From Lama guanicoe (taxonomy: Eukaryota), in NCBI GenBank assembly GCA_013239625.1, contig MU053881.1, positions 12,724,879-12,788,878 of the forward strand: a stretch of 64,000 bases of DNA. The letters are read 5' to 3'. The translations under genes and the position numbers were made by a program. The notes beneath the pieces are model-generated. The model searched no databases. It saw nothing but the letters and a program-made list of their open reading frames with translations, and was not told where the DNA came from. Shown here piece by piece: positions 13,242 to 25,700 of the stretch (its first letter is position 1; each line of letters begins with the position of its first letter).

Positions 13242-13395
13242 AAATCATAACATTTTAGAGCTAGAAGTACTTTAGGGATCAATCCTAATTGAGGCCCAGT
13301 GAAGTTAGGTATCTTCCCCAAGGTCATGTAACTTGCTGGAAGAATAGCCCAGGCTGGAAACATATTTCTCTTAAGTTTACTCCAGAGCTTTCCTC
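13242..13395 (-). mobile_element. MIR remnant
   Basis: aatcataacattttagagctagaag..tgaggcccagtgaagttaggtatcttccccaaggtcat. Confidence 0.75.
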
Positions 13396-14183
13396 CCCAA
13401 CCTTCTCAAGGAAAGCGCTGTGTGCAGTCACAGTAACTTTTAGGAAGCTGCTCTCTGCATAAATGACTCATGATTCATTGTCAGGTACTTAGTCCTATTT
13501 TATCAACCCTATCAGAATATTAATTTTCATATCTGTCAGTATCTTAATACAAAGAAGATTTTCAGTTTATATGGAATAAAGTGCTCTCAATGCTTGAACA
13601 CATAACCTCTGTGCATTATCTTTGTCAAAATGATTTTGGACTTATTTACTGCACACTTATTCTGTGTACAGTCTAGACAAGATAATCATTAAACAGAAGT
13701 GCCTTCCCAAAGGCCTCTTCCTCATAGTGAGAAAACATAGAGCAGAATAATATAACAGGATTTAATCAGTAATTAAACTGTTTGATACAGATTATAAACA
13801 GTCGTAGGGTAGATTAAAGATGACTTAGATCAATATGAACTAATCAAGGCACAAGAGAAAAACAGGAACTGAAACAGGTTCAGAATTGTACTTTTGGGTC
13901 AAAGGGGATGATTCTTATAAATTTAGATTTGCACGTGTAATTTTCATGAATTTTATTAATCTTTAAATGATTGGTTTAGTATGTTGTATATCCGCCTACC
14001 ACATTTCAGTGATTCCCTGTGGTTTAAATATTATCAGACTTCATATCTAGTTAATGCAACTCAGCTTACTCATCAGAAATCAGTTTTAATGAAAACAGCT
14101 AATTTAAATGTTATCAAATCTAAAATGAAAAATTGAAGTTTTAAATATTATGTGTGATGAGGCAACTCTCTCACTAATCTTTA

Positions 14184-14435
14184 TTTTTTAATTTTTTTAA
14201 AAATTGAAGTATAATCAGTTTATAATCTGCCATTTCTGGTGTACAGCATGTTTCAGTCATACATATACATGTACATATATTCTTTTTCATTATGCGTTAC
14301 TTCAAGATACTGAATATAATTACCTTGCTATACTGTATAAACTTTGAAAAAAATCTATTTAGTAGTTAGTAATCTGCAAATCTCGAACTCCCATTTTATC
14401 CCTTCCCACCTCCTTAACCCCCTGGTAACCATGAC
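14184..14435 (-). mobile_element. 5'-truncated L1 3' UTR insertion
   Basis: T-rich tail then aattgaagtataatcagtt..tttctggtgtacagcatg..cctggtaacca; perfect 16-bp TSD ctctcactaatcttta at 14168-14183 and 14436-14451. Confidence 0.9.
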
Positions 14436-14571
14436 CTCTCACTAATCTTTAAATGTTATCAGTCCCTGTTTGATCTAAACCTGGTCTGATTTTGAAGCTA
14501 GATTCCTCTGGGGCACTCTGCCCCTTTTCAGAGTTAGTCTATATATCTTTCTTTATGCTTGTAAAAGAACT

Positions 14572-14720
14572 GTGAGGTATAGTGGAAAGTATGCTGCTTG
14601 GAAGCACATGAGTTCTAATCCAGACTGAATCACTAACTCACTGTGTGATGTTGAACAAATCTAGCATCTTACAACATTTAGTAAAATGAGGGTTATACTC
14701 AATATTCCTTAAGAGCATTT
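14572..14720 (+). mobile_element. MIR remnant
   Basis: ggtatagtggaaagtatgctg..tgagttctaatccag..cactaactcactgtgtgatgttgaacaa..gtaaaatgaggg. Confidence 0.7.
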
Positions 14721-15039
14721 CCGTGTTTGCGGATGCAAGAGTATGACACTTTGTCTTTTTCCAGCTGTACAACTCTTCAGTTACAGTGGCCTAATTACAA
14801 AGACAAAAACAAAAATGTATTTGTGAGTCTCTTATTCTTTCTCTTGAATGAATTTTACTAGTGGTTGTAAGAAATGATTCCTTAGCAAAAGCTTGGCACA
14901 TCCACAAATTTCAAAACAACTTTAGAAAATGACATTTCCAAAAACCATAACATCCAGAAATAACATAGTATTTTATGAATGTGGTTTGGTAAGAGGTTAA
15001 CATTGGGGAAAGCTGAGTGAAGGCTATTGAAGAATTCTT

Positions 15040-15166
15040 TTTTTTTTTTTTTAGTTTTTTTTTTAACATTTTTTATTGATTAATAATCACTTTACAATGT
15101 GTCAAATTCCAGTGTTCAGCACAATTTTTCAGTCATTCATGGACATATACACACTCATTGTCACAT
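15040..15166 (-). mobile_element. Young ~127-bp L1 3' terminal insertion
   Basis: Poly-T plus near-identical reverse complement of the L1 end at ~29107-29218; TSD ttgaagaa(t/c)tctt at 15027-15039 and 15167-15179. Confidence 0.9.
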
Positions 15167-15178
15167 TTGAAGAACTCT

Positions 15179-15792
15179 TGATAAAAGAAATGCTCACATT
15201 TTAAGGTATGAGGAAGTCATTCTGGCTTATACAGGATTTAACCTACACTTTATGCTAACTAGAACAGCCTGTTTTGTGGCCTGCTGATATGCATGGACAT
15301 CTGCTTTAATCATTAAAGAAAATGCATTCAAAAATCACAATGGAGTAACTGTGGTTCCAGCATCCAAAGTGGAGTAGGGTGGCCACTGTGGACATGGTTT
15401 CAGACATGTTCCTGCATCACTGAGAACTTGAATTTTCTGAACTACATCAGACTCAAAGACACTAGCAGCTATTTTCAAAATAATATCTGCTAGCTGCTGC
15501 CAGGTGCAATCTTATAGTCTCTCCTTGAAACTAGGGAACCATTTTAGAACCCGACCAGTCCTTATTTAACAAGCACCCCTGCTTCTTGTCAGCTTCAGTT
15601 ATAATTCTTGACAAACAACTTATCTAATTTCTCAGTTTTTGCCTTCATCAGCCTCCCGCCTTCTGTAGTCTGGCAGAACACAATTCAAGTGCTTCTGAAT
15701 CTGTGTCTCCCAAGCTATAGTCCTCAGTTTGGCTCAAATAAAACTCTTCCCTATTCCTATTATAGGTTGTTTATTGATTATTTCCATCGACA
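15179..15792 (+). mobile_element. 614-bp ERV1-like solo LTR
   Basis: TG...CA termini; 4-bp TSD ctct (15175-15178/15793-15796); ggctcaaataaaactc polyA region and tttccatcgaca end resemble MER41-type LTR ends. Confidence 0.8.
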
Positions 15793-16099
15793 CTCTGTCT
15801 TGTATTTTCATCTTGCTCTGAGTCTAAAATTATTCCCCTAAAGTTTTTTATATTTTCCTAAGAAGTGTGAATGCCAGGTAGAGGAATTTAAATTTACCTT
15901 CCATAGACTTGATTAGAATTAGTTTAATTCCACTCCCTTCTATATGTTTTTAGTTATTTTATACCCATTACTTTTTATGAATAAGGAAACGTTGAGTCAT
16001 TAGGATATGAATCTAAGATTGCTTGTCTTTTCCTTCCACTCCCAAGGGCTTATTGGACCTATACTATGTAGTTGTAAGCAATAATGAGATGAGGAAAGA

Positions 16100-16270
16100 T
16101 TCAGGAAATAGATGATTTGGGATTAAACTCTAGTTTAATTGTGACTCTGTTTCCTCTTTTGGGAAAATGCATATGATAACAATGCACATCTCACAGGGCT
16201 TTGTGCACCTTAAATGAAGCACTACATGTAAAATCTCCTAGGGAGGTGTTTGCCATTTAGCAAGCTCTTT
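16100..16270 (+). mobile_element. MIR remnant
   Basis: ctctgtttcctcttttgggaaaatg..gataacaatgcacatctcacagggctttgtg..taaatga..catgtaaaa. Confidence 0.6.
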
Positions 16271-17621
16271 TTACAATGAACCAGGAAAGGAAATACGATG
16301 CGTTTAAAGGAACAAAAGCATGATGCTTTCATTTCCAGGGCTTTTCTCAGGCTGGGGAACCAGACCAAATCACACCTTGCAGGTAGGTGCTAATCCTTTT
16401 GTGGCTCCATGATGAAGAGCATAATAGGGAAAGGAAAGATGACCAGTGTAGCTAGAGTGATCAGGGAAGGTATCATGGAGGAGATGGGATTCAGCAAATA
16501 CTATGCATTCTTGGCCACCAAACAGATCTCAGTTACTTAAACCTGCTCATTATCCTAATCTATAGAGATAATATTATTTGTAAAGTACCGTAAGTGTTTT
16601 GATTGTTAAAGTCTCTCTATTTAAAGAGCGCTATTATTGTATCCACAAACTACAGCTGACTCATAAGAATTTGAATGACTATTCCTGCTATAGACTCCAA
16701 GGTTAGCTGTAGGAAATGAAAATGAATGATAATTATATGTATAATAAATCCTGAAGACAGAGATTCGTACTATGAGCAATGATATAATTTTTGTAATAGC
16801 AGAATATTTATTTATGAAATTGTTTCTGGTGAAGGAAAGTTGATTTTTCTTGCTGTATTTAGGTGGTTCTTATGTTATTCTTTAAACTTGTAGAGTTGAA
16901 CTTGAAGCTGATAAAAATTTACTTTCTACTGACTCTTTTGCCTTAGATAGGTTTTAGGTGGCCATAGGTATTTAAAGGGGAAATTATTTGTTTTCTTTTC
17001 AGTGGCTTTGGATAGGCTTCATTTACAGGAATTCCCTTCAGGCTTTTATCTTCATTATGTGGCTCTTATAAGACATAAATTTTACTTGAATCAGTTAAGT
17101 TTTTTTTTTGAAGAAAAGGTTCAATTTCATATAAGTAAGTAGGTAGTAATTATAGTAATAAAACTGCTTAGGTTGGAGCCAAGTATCCCTGTTTCCTTGG
17201 TTTTCCTATATAAACTACTCTAAGTAAAAATAAATCTATGTTTAGGCATATAAAGGGAGATGAAGTAATTTACCCTGTGAAGCTGTGAGTTTAAATAATA
17301 ACAATGCACATTCACAAAAAAGACTATCAGTTTCATCCACTCACTGTTAGAATAATAATTTCCAGATCTATGAAAAATGTCATTCAAAAAAGATTTTATT
17401 TTCAGAGGCTATGAATGGATATTTTGCAACGGCAATAAGATAATTTTTGATAGTGTGAATTTGCTTTTATTATTGTGGTATGGTTCTTCCACTGATATAC
17501 TTTCATTCTATACTGAAAATTTCTTTAGATCCAGCTTAATAGATACATTTTTATTGAGCCCTTTTTTCCCCCCGCACACTGTGACCAGTACTTCGTATGC
17601 TTGCTCAGGGTCCAACAACTA

Positions 17622-17917
17622 CAGTAGGCCCTCCACATCTGCAGTTCTGTCTCCGTGAATTCAGCCAACCACAGATCAAAAATATTAAAATGAAATCCAG
17701 TAAGTTCCCCAAAGCAACTATTTACATAGCAATTACATTGTATTTATAACTGTTTACATAGCATTTACATTGTGTTAAGTATTATAAGTAATCTGCAGAT
17801 GACTTAAAGTATATGGGAGGATGTGTGTAAGTTATATAAGGGACTTGAGCATTCATAAATTTTAGTATTTGTTGGGGGTGCTGGAATTAATCCTCTGTGA
17901 ATACTGAGGGAGGACTA
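17622..17917. mobile_element. MER2-like non-autonomous TcMar-Tigger DNA transposon
   Basis: TA|cagtaggccctccacatctgcag ... gtgaatactgagggaggacta|TA: degenerate TIRs with TA target duplication; internal tttacatagcatttacattgt..ttataagtaatct motif. Confidence 0.85.
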
Positions 17918-18579
17918 TACTAAGTGTGGGTCTGGAAAATTTGTATTAATACTTAGAATAATAATCAGCATGAGTTTATAATTTAATTCTTCAAAGACAG
18001 ATAATTAAAAGAGTTGCATTTTCTGTAAGACCAAAGCTAAATTTTTTCAGAGGCATAGTTTATAAATATTCATATTTTAAGCTACCTTTGAAGATAAATT
18101 ATAAAATATATATATAATTTTGATCACATTTTATTAAAGAGATTATTAGAAATGAAGGAATATGTCAGTGCATCTAATTCCATATTATTTAATTTTTAAA
18201 GAATATTTATTTTTAAACAAATATTATATATTTAGTAGAATATTCACTATAAAAAAAGATAAGAAATAGAGAAAAAATAAAGAGGACAATGTAATTCTCT
18301 TAACATTCTGGTATATTTTCTCCTTTCCTTTTTTTCTCCCTTTCTCACTTCTTTCCTTTCAGTTTCAAAAAATGCACTAAATTCCTGTTGTATGCCAGTG
18401 CCTGTACTAAGAATTGGAGGTTCCAGAATTAGACAAAACAGAAGTACCCCTTTTCCTCATGGATGGAATAGATATACAAATACATTTTTAAATAGTCTGC
18501 CACTTAATTTTCCGTGACATATTTGGGTTTTATTTTTCTCCTTTACTATTATGTTATTACTTTAAGCAATTCTCTTTGT

Positions 18580-18882
18580 GTGATGAAGTAATTTTTTGTG
18601 TCAACTTGGCAGACAGAATATGAGTGGGCCTCATATAATCAGTTGAAGAACAATTAGTTTCCCTTCATGCAGTTAGCCCCCTGAGCAGGAGGGATTCTGT
18701 CAGCAGATGGCCATCAGACTTGAACTGCAACATCAGCTCTTCCCTGGGTCTCCAGCCTGCTGGCTTACCCTGCACATTTTGAACTTGCCAGGACCCAGAG
18801 TTGCATGAGATCTCTCTCTCTATTTCTATATCTATATCTATATCATGTTGGTTCTGTTGCTCCTGGAAACCCTGATAAATAC
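18580..18882 (+). mobile_element. MLT2 (ERVL) LTR, internally deleted
   Basis: tgtgatg..taattttttgtgtcaacttggc start; tgaactgcaacatcagctcttccctgggtctccagcctgctggc; ttggttctgtt..tggaaaccctga end. Confidence 0.85.
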
Positions 18883-19478
18883 TCTTTGTAATTAATTTTT
18901 CTTGATTTTATGTGAGAAAGTACTACCTCACTCTGATATTTAGTAAATTATCTACAAGTAGTTTCTATTTTTCATATTAGGGCTTAATTTATTTTCTTTT
19001 ACACTGACTTATTTTGTCACATTTAAATAGTTAAAGAACTGAAAATTCGTATTTATATGTGTCCATATATGTATGTGTATGCAAGAGAGAAAGGGTTTCA
19101 GTTTTATTTTCTCCCAAATAATTGTTTATATCAGGATTACTTATTTTTGAATGCTAAAAAAAAAGTAATGTGTATGATCACTTGTTACATTTCTAAGCAC
19201 ACCAAAAAGTACAATAAAGAAAATGAAAAAAAAATATCACTAGCTGGAAATGACTGTCATAACTGCTAGTGAACATTTTAGTAGTCATTTCTCCTTGTGT
19301 GCGTATTGATCTGCAGAAATAGGAAAGATGGAAGGAAGGAAGGGGAAAAAGAAAACAAAAGTATAAGGAAAAAATAAAACATTTCAAATATAGTTTAATT
19401 ATACAGGCTAGATTTTTCAGTTAAAGGTTTATTTAAATTTTCTTTTAAAAGAATCTGAAGAAAAATGGAACTAGTTCC

Positions 19479-19992
19479 TGTATCTGTCAGGTCTCTCCAG
19501 AGAAACAAGCAGTGGGTGGGTAGATGGGGGAGAGGGAAAAAAAGAGAGAGGGGGAGAGATTTCAAGGAATAGGTTTACCCAGTTTTGAGTACTGGCAAGT
19601 CTGATATCTGTGGGGCAGATTAGCAGGCTGGAAACTCAGATGGGCATTGATGCTCCAGGCTTGAGGCAGAATTTCTTCTTTGTTGGGAAATCTCAGTCTT
19701 TGCTCATAAGGCCCTCAGCTGATGGGATAAAGAGTCTTTGAGGAGTATCTCCTGATCACTGAGGGTAATTTCCTTTACTGCACGTCAACTGATGATACAT
19801 GTTAACCATTTCTGTAAAATACTTTCACAGCAACACTGAGATTAGTGTTTGATTTAATAACTAGATAATTCTCTTAACATACTGGCATATTTTCTCCTTT
19901 CCTTTTTTCTCCCTTCCTCGCTTCTTTCCTTTCAGTTTTAAAAAATGCACTAAATTCCTGTTGTGTGCCAGTGCCTATCCAAGTTGACACAT
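19479..19992 (-). mobile_element. MLT2 (ERVL) LTR carrying a local insertion
   Basis: ctccagagaaaca..ggcaagtctga..gcaggctggaaactcag..cttgaggcagaatttcttct..ttcacagcaaca..gattagtgtttga..ccaagttgacacat. Confidence 0.85.
19866..19976 (+). repeat. Direct copy of 18292-18403
   Basis: Hand alignment gives 6 substitutions and one 1-nt T-run indel over ~112 bp. Confidence 0.95.
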
Positions 19993-20500
19993 TTTATGTG
20001 CTCCTAAAAGGTGATACTAAACTTAAGACAAAGATTATAAGAAAATTATAAGGTGAAATTCTTATGTATTTGTAATACGTATTTTTACTTATTTTCTCAT
20101 CCCTTTCACAAAAGATAGTATATTGGTGCAGTTTTATTTTCCCCATTTCCCCCTGTTCTACTTTCCCTCAGTTCATCTTAGTTATATTATTATTATCTTG
20201 TTAAGGTTTATGTCTGTAAATACATGTGTTACTATGTATCTTAATGTTTGTAACCATAATTCCTACAGCTTTAAAGACTTGATTCTGTATTCAAAGTGAC
20301 TTACTATTTCTTCTCCTTCTTCTTTCCCAGTCCCTTCGGTTTCTGAATTATTTATTTTATGTCTTGGTTGGATTTCATACTCAAATGGGTTTTCAGGGGA
20401 TTGTTTCATTTTCTAAGATAGACTGTATTTTCTAGTTGCTTGCATACTTGAACATGTTGGTTGGGGCATAATATTCTTTCTCTCAGCGTATCTTATGCAT

Positions 20501-20945
20501 TGTGATAGTTTCCTGTGGCTGCCTGAACAAATTACCACAAAGTTAGTGACTTAAAATAACAGATATTTATTGTCTCACAGAGTAGAAGCTTGAAATCCAT
20601 CAAGACATCAGTCCCTCCAGGGGGTGTAGAGTGGAATCTGTTCCTTGCCTTTTTCAGCTTCTGATGGCTGTCTTAGCATTCCTGGGTTTCTGGTTCTATC
20701 ATTCGGTTGCCTGCCTTTGTCTTCTCTGTATATCTGTGTAAAAGCTCCCTCTGTCTCTCTTTTACAAGGACACTTATAATCGCACTGGCAACCCACCTGG
20801 ATAACCCTGGGTAATCTCATCTCAAGATCTTAATTTAGTCAAATCTTGCAAACACCTTGTTTTCTAAAAAAAAAAAAGGTAACATTTGCAGATTTCAGAG
20901 ATTAGAACTTGATATCTTTGGGTGACCATTATGCAACCTACTACA
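20501..20945 (-). mobile_element. MLT1C-like MaLR solo LTR
   Basis: gtttcctgtggctgc..aacaaattaccacaaagttagtgacttaaaa..ccttgccttttccagcttct-like core..ggtaatctcatctcaagatcttaa..caacctactaca; flanks tgcat/cacat. Confidence 0.9.
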
Positions 20946-21289
20946 CACATGAATCCACTTTATTTTGGCATTTGGTATTGCCATAGAGTAATCTGAGATC
21001 AGTTAGTTTTTTATTAGTTTTTTATTTTTATTATTCAATTTCCTTGCTTAGATGCATATGAGAATCATTCCTCATTTTTGATGTTCAGTAATGATGTCTC
21101 AACTTATCACTGGAATACTCTATCAATATATGAGATGCTCTTTTAATCTACATCTCATTATCTTTCTTGATTTCAAGGAGAGCTTTATTATATCCTGAAT
21201 ATTTTTTTTCTTGTGCGTTTTTGGACTTTTCTTCAGATATGATTTGTGTATCCTCCATATTTATCATTTTCTTTGTGTATTTTCATGCA

Positions 21290-22186
21290 TTCACCTGTCA
21301 AAATGGCAATCATGAAAGGACAACTAATAAATAACGGTGAGGATGTGGAGAAAAGGGAACCCTTACATACTCACTGTTGGTAGAAATGTAAGTTGGTTGC
21401 AGTCATGAGGGAAAACAGTATGGAGGTTCCTCAAAAAACTAAAAATAGAACTATCACATGATACAGCAATTCCACTACTGGGTATATGTCCGAAGAAAAC
21501 AAAAACGCTAATTCAAAAAGATACATGCACCCCAATGTTTGCATTATGTACAATAGCCAAGATGTGGAAGCAACCTAAGTGCCCATCAACAGATGAATGG
21601 ATAAAGAAGATGTGTATGTATACAATAGAATATTACTTAGCCATAGAAAAGAATAAAATTCTGCCAGGTGCATCAACATGGATGGACCTAGAGAGTATTA
21701 TATTTAGTAAAATGTCAGACAGTGGAAGGCAGATATTCAGTGTTATCATTTATATGTGGAATATCAAAATAAAACAAATAAATGTATTTAACTAAACAGA
21801 AACTGACTTATAGATATGGAGAGCAAACTATTGGTTTACCAGTGGGGAGAGGCAAGCATAGGCAAGATAAAAGTATGAGATTAAGAGATACAAACTACTG
21901 TGTATAAAATACATGTATGTTCATGTATGACTGAAGCATTGTGTTGTGTGCCAGAAATTGACACATTGTAAACTGACTGTACTTCAATAAAAATATATAT
22001 ATTAAAAAATTGATTTGTTAAATGCAAAAATATAGATAGGGAACAAGAATGTATTGTACAGCACAGGGGAACGTAGCCATTAGTTTGTAATAACTTTAAA
22101 TGGAATATAATCTACAAAAATATTGAACAACTGTGTTGTACACCTGCAACTAACATAGTATTTTAAATTTAAACTTCTATTTAAAA
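21290..22186 (+). mobile_element. 5'-truncated L1 (ORF2 C-terminus remnant plus 3' UTR)
   Basis: ORF 21535-21795 ([21 protein letters not shown]) matches the L1 ORF2 C-terminus; typical 3' UTR tgtacagcacaggg..tgtacacctgcaactaac. Confidence 0.92.
21911..22009 (+). mobile_element. Younger L1 3' end nested in the older L1 3' UTR
   Basis: catgtatgactgaagcattgtg..ccagaaattgacacattgtaaactgactgtacttcaataaaaa interrupts host tataaaata|gatagg. Confidence 0.8.
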
Positions 22187-22235
22187 ATTTTGAGTCCATT
22201 GAGAGGCCCCTTTTAATTGGAACTTTCTCACCAAT

Positions 22236-22790
22236 TATTCATTCATTTATTTGTTCACTGTTTCAACAAATTTATTGTGTCTACCATGTTCCAAGTATTG
22301 TTCTAAGCACTAAAATTTCAGAAGTGAATAAAACAGACATGCTTATGGGGAGTATATTCTTACTGGGGAAGAGATACAATATTTTAAGAATGAATAATTA
22401 ATATATGCCAGATGATGCATACTATAAAGAAAATAAATGTGAATAAGAATTTTGAGGGAATATGGCTGCAGGAGCTTTAGATATGGTGACCAGGGATATT
22501 CTGATGAGAAGATGGTTGAACAAAGACCTGAATGAAATGAGGGAACAAGACATGATATTATAGGAGGCAGAATAGCAAGTGCAAAAGTCTGGGAGCATGA
22601 TCATGCTGACAATGTTAAGGAGGAATGGAAATGTGTCTGGATTACAGTAAGGGGAGTCAGGTTAGATTCTAGGTCAGAGAGTAGTGAAATGCAAGATCAG
22701 AGTGGACCTTACCAGCCATGGTAAGAAATTGCAGTTGTATTTTGAGCAAGACGGGAAGTCATTGGAAGTTTTGAGCACATCGTGTTGCTC
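22236..22790 (-). mobile_element. L2 LINE 3' region
   Basis: attcattcatttatt..caacaaatttattgtgtctaccatgttccaag..gaataaaacagac..ttgaacaaagacctgaatgaaatgaggga..gggaagtcattggaagttttgagca. Confidence 0.88.
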
Positions 22791-25700
22791 TGTTAAATTC
22801 AGATGTCGTCAATAAGTTTTCTTTCAGTTTAGAACATTCGTTTAGCTTGAAATTGATGTGCTCTATTTTCAGAACCTAATTTTGTGCTTTTCTTAAATGT
22901 ATTGATGTGCTCTTGTGCTCTTTTTAGGTTTGGTCATGTTGTTCTCTTACCCCTCCAGAGTCTCTAACATCTGTAAGGGCTCATTTTGCTTGTCCATTTC
23001 CTCTTTGATGGTGATGGGATGCTACTGAGCTTGTGGTAATTTTCCTTTGCATGCCAGTTGCTGGGTACCTTAAGTCTTGACAGTCCATAAGCGTTGTACG
23101 AGACTCACCTCTGGTTCAGAGAAACTGTCTGTCTCTATCGGGAGGAAGACAAAATTGGAAACTCACTTTTATCCTCCCTGGCTCTGCCTACCTGTTCTTC
23201 TCAGTAGCTGCTTGCTTAGCAAAGCTGAACAGGGGAGAACGGAGAAGCTAACCAAGGTGAGAGTCATTCAAGTCACCATCTTCCAAGAATCCCCGGGCTG
23301 CAGAAATGATACTGCATTTCCGTGGAACTTTAGTAGCTACTAGAGGAAACTAATAATTTTTGATCATTCGAGTATACAGAAACTGCCTTTAAAAATGCCA
23401 TTTTCATTTTACATGTTTATTTTGTAAACATATAGAACTCAAGGAACATAATAACTAGTAATTAAAATGTCTGTTAAGACAAGGCTATTTGCCTCTAGTT
23501 CAATTACTCCTGAAAATATACTGTTTAATTCCTTGAAAATAATCAACTCCATGCTGACTTTGCAAATGTCTAGGCAATATGCTTCTAGTTAGTCATGGGT
23601 ATGACTTCAGAGTGGATTCTTTCTGTAACAGCAAAGTTGTTGGGCCATGTGACTTACTCAAAATGAGCACAAAAGGATGTAAAGCATTTATATGCATCAG
23701 GGGCAAGGTGTTAACAAGTAAACCTGCTGGAAGCTTATGAACCATATTCCATGAATCCAACTCAGTTAACAAGACAGAAACAATTGTTTCTGTTTTAAAA
23801 ATGTGGGAGCCAAGATTCTTCTTAGTTTTTGAAACACTTAAGTGAAGAAATGACAAGTGAAAACCTTAAAGAGAAGGAAATGTGTACCTTGTTGTGTGAC
23901 AAATGGAAAAGTGTGGATTTTTTTTAGTCATTTTTTATTTCACAGTCAAAAATTTAAAAACAATCAATTGTGAAGAAGGTGAGGCAACATATCAACCATA
24001 AACTGGTTCAGAATATATTACTATTAACAGCTTAGGAGATTTCTTTCCAGTTTATATATGCCTATGTAAGTGTGTGTGTGTATAAAACATGTATATAATT
24101 TATTTCTATTTTTACTCATTTGACATTTTATCTAATATTTTTCATTTCAAATTATATTCTGGCTACTTTTTCATAATTACAAATACTTAATCTATAGTAA
24201 AATACTAAAACATAGATGGAGACCAAATCCGCAGTGTTAAAAAATATGGAGCATGTTGACCTAATACTCAGAGTTGTCTCTTACAAGATTGAATTAGAAA
24301 ATTCCAGCTGCACAGTCATGTACTTAAAAGTAATATAATAGTGTGGCTTGGTGTGTTTGCTTTTTTCAATATGGTCATTATACAAATGGCTTTTTCTTTG
24401 TATTTAAAGGTTAGTGTGTCTGTATGAATCACTAAGTAGATAAGGTGAACACTTATGGGTAATCAAAATAATGCATTCTCTTAGTTGTGACAAAATTTTT
24501 TTTGAGGTAAATGGAATTCATAAAATAAGTCATTTCCATGGCATTGGTGAATTAAAATCAGTAAATCCATTCCTATTTTCTTAAAAGGATCATGGTTCAC
24601 ATTTTGTTAATTTATACCTACTTTTGAAAATAATGCATTTTTATGTGAAATTTATTTTACAGATATAATTAAAGGAATGAATAATTTATTCTATTTTATT
24701 ACATGAAAGTCTAGAGCATTAATAATATGCTGTGAATATTTACCCTAAGATGTGAAGCTAGACCATATAATTGTTAGGCTAAAATTTCCAGCTGCATTTT
24801 TTTCACCATTTCAACATGTTTTTCTCTGAATTCCCAAGGGGACTTGTTTGACAAAGTGCAGGTTTTATTGCAAAAATAGCTCCACAAGTGACTAAGGATA
24901 TACTCTTCAACATTTTGGCTAATACTTATTTTGTGTAACATTTCTTTCTTGGTAAGATAGAGGTTCTATTACTATACAAATATGTATAGTTCTAATTTGA
25001 CTAGATATATTTTACTTCATTTATCATTGGCAGAAATGAATATATTCAAGTGGTGAGTCCATATAAATGGAAGACTATGATTTTAAAATTATTTTACTGA
25101 TGCTGTGAGGTTGATGTAATGAAGTTTATTTGGCAGATCTGGAGGGCAAGCTTCTGGACAGATACTTCTTAAATGTAGTTATCCAGGTCACTTAATTAAT
25201 TTGTACTAAAGCTGAATTTTAAAAAGGTAAACCCATGATTCTCTCAAAAATATAAAAGCACTCTTACTCAAAATTTTATTTGATTCATTAGTGAGGGAAC
25301 CAATAAGATGTTAAAACTAGGTTGAAGGAAAAACTGAAGAACTGATGTATGTGATTCTGTGTGTCCATGTGCATGCGTGTATGCTTACATATATGTGTAA
25401 GAATGTAAAATGAAGTTGCTAACAGATGTAAAACTGGTTAATATCACATAGGACAATAAAACAACAACATGTTTATCTGTTCTACAAGGCACAGATAATT
25501 GGTTCTCCACTAGACAATTCTCATTTGCATTTTTATGGGTAAGGATAATTCGCATTCCTATCAGATTTCAAGTTATCTTCTGCCACTAGAGAGAGATAAA
25601 ATAACCTACTCAATAGAAAGCCAGACAAAGATGTTCAGCTAATAGAAACAGATAATTCCCAGAGGGCACACTAAAAAACATGGAGCATACTCCTTAAAGA

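Larger units (their letters stand above)
14985..15848 (+). mobile_element. Old L1M 3' end split by two later insertions
   Basis: gttaacattggggaaagctgagtgaaggcta..gaactct joins, after removing the inserts, to ctgtcttgtattttc..gagtctaaaattattcc..aaagtt, resembling L1MC/ME termini. Confidence 0.6.
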
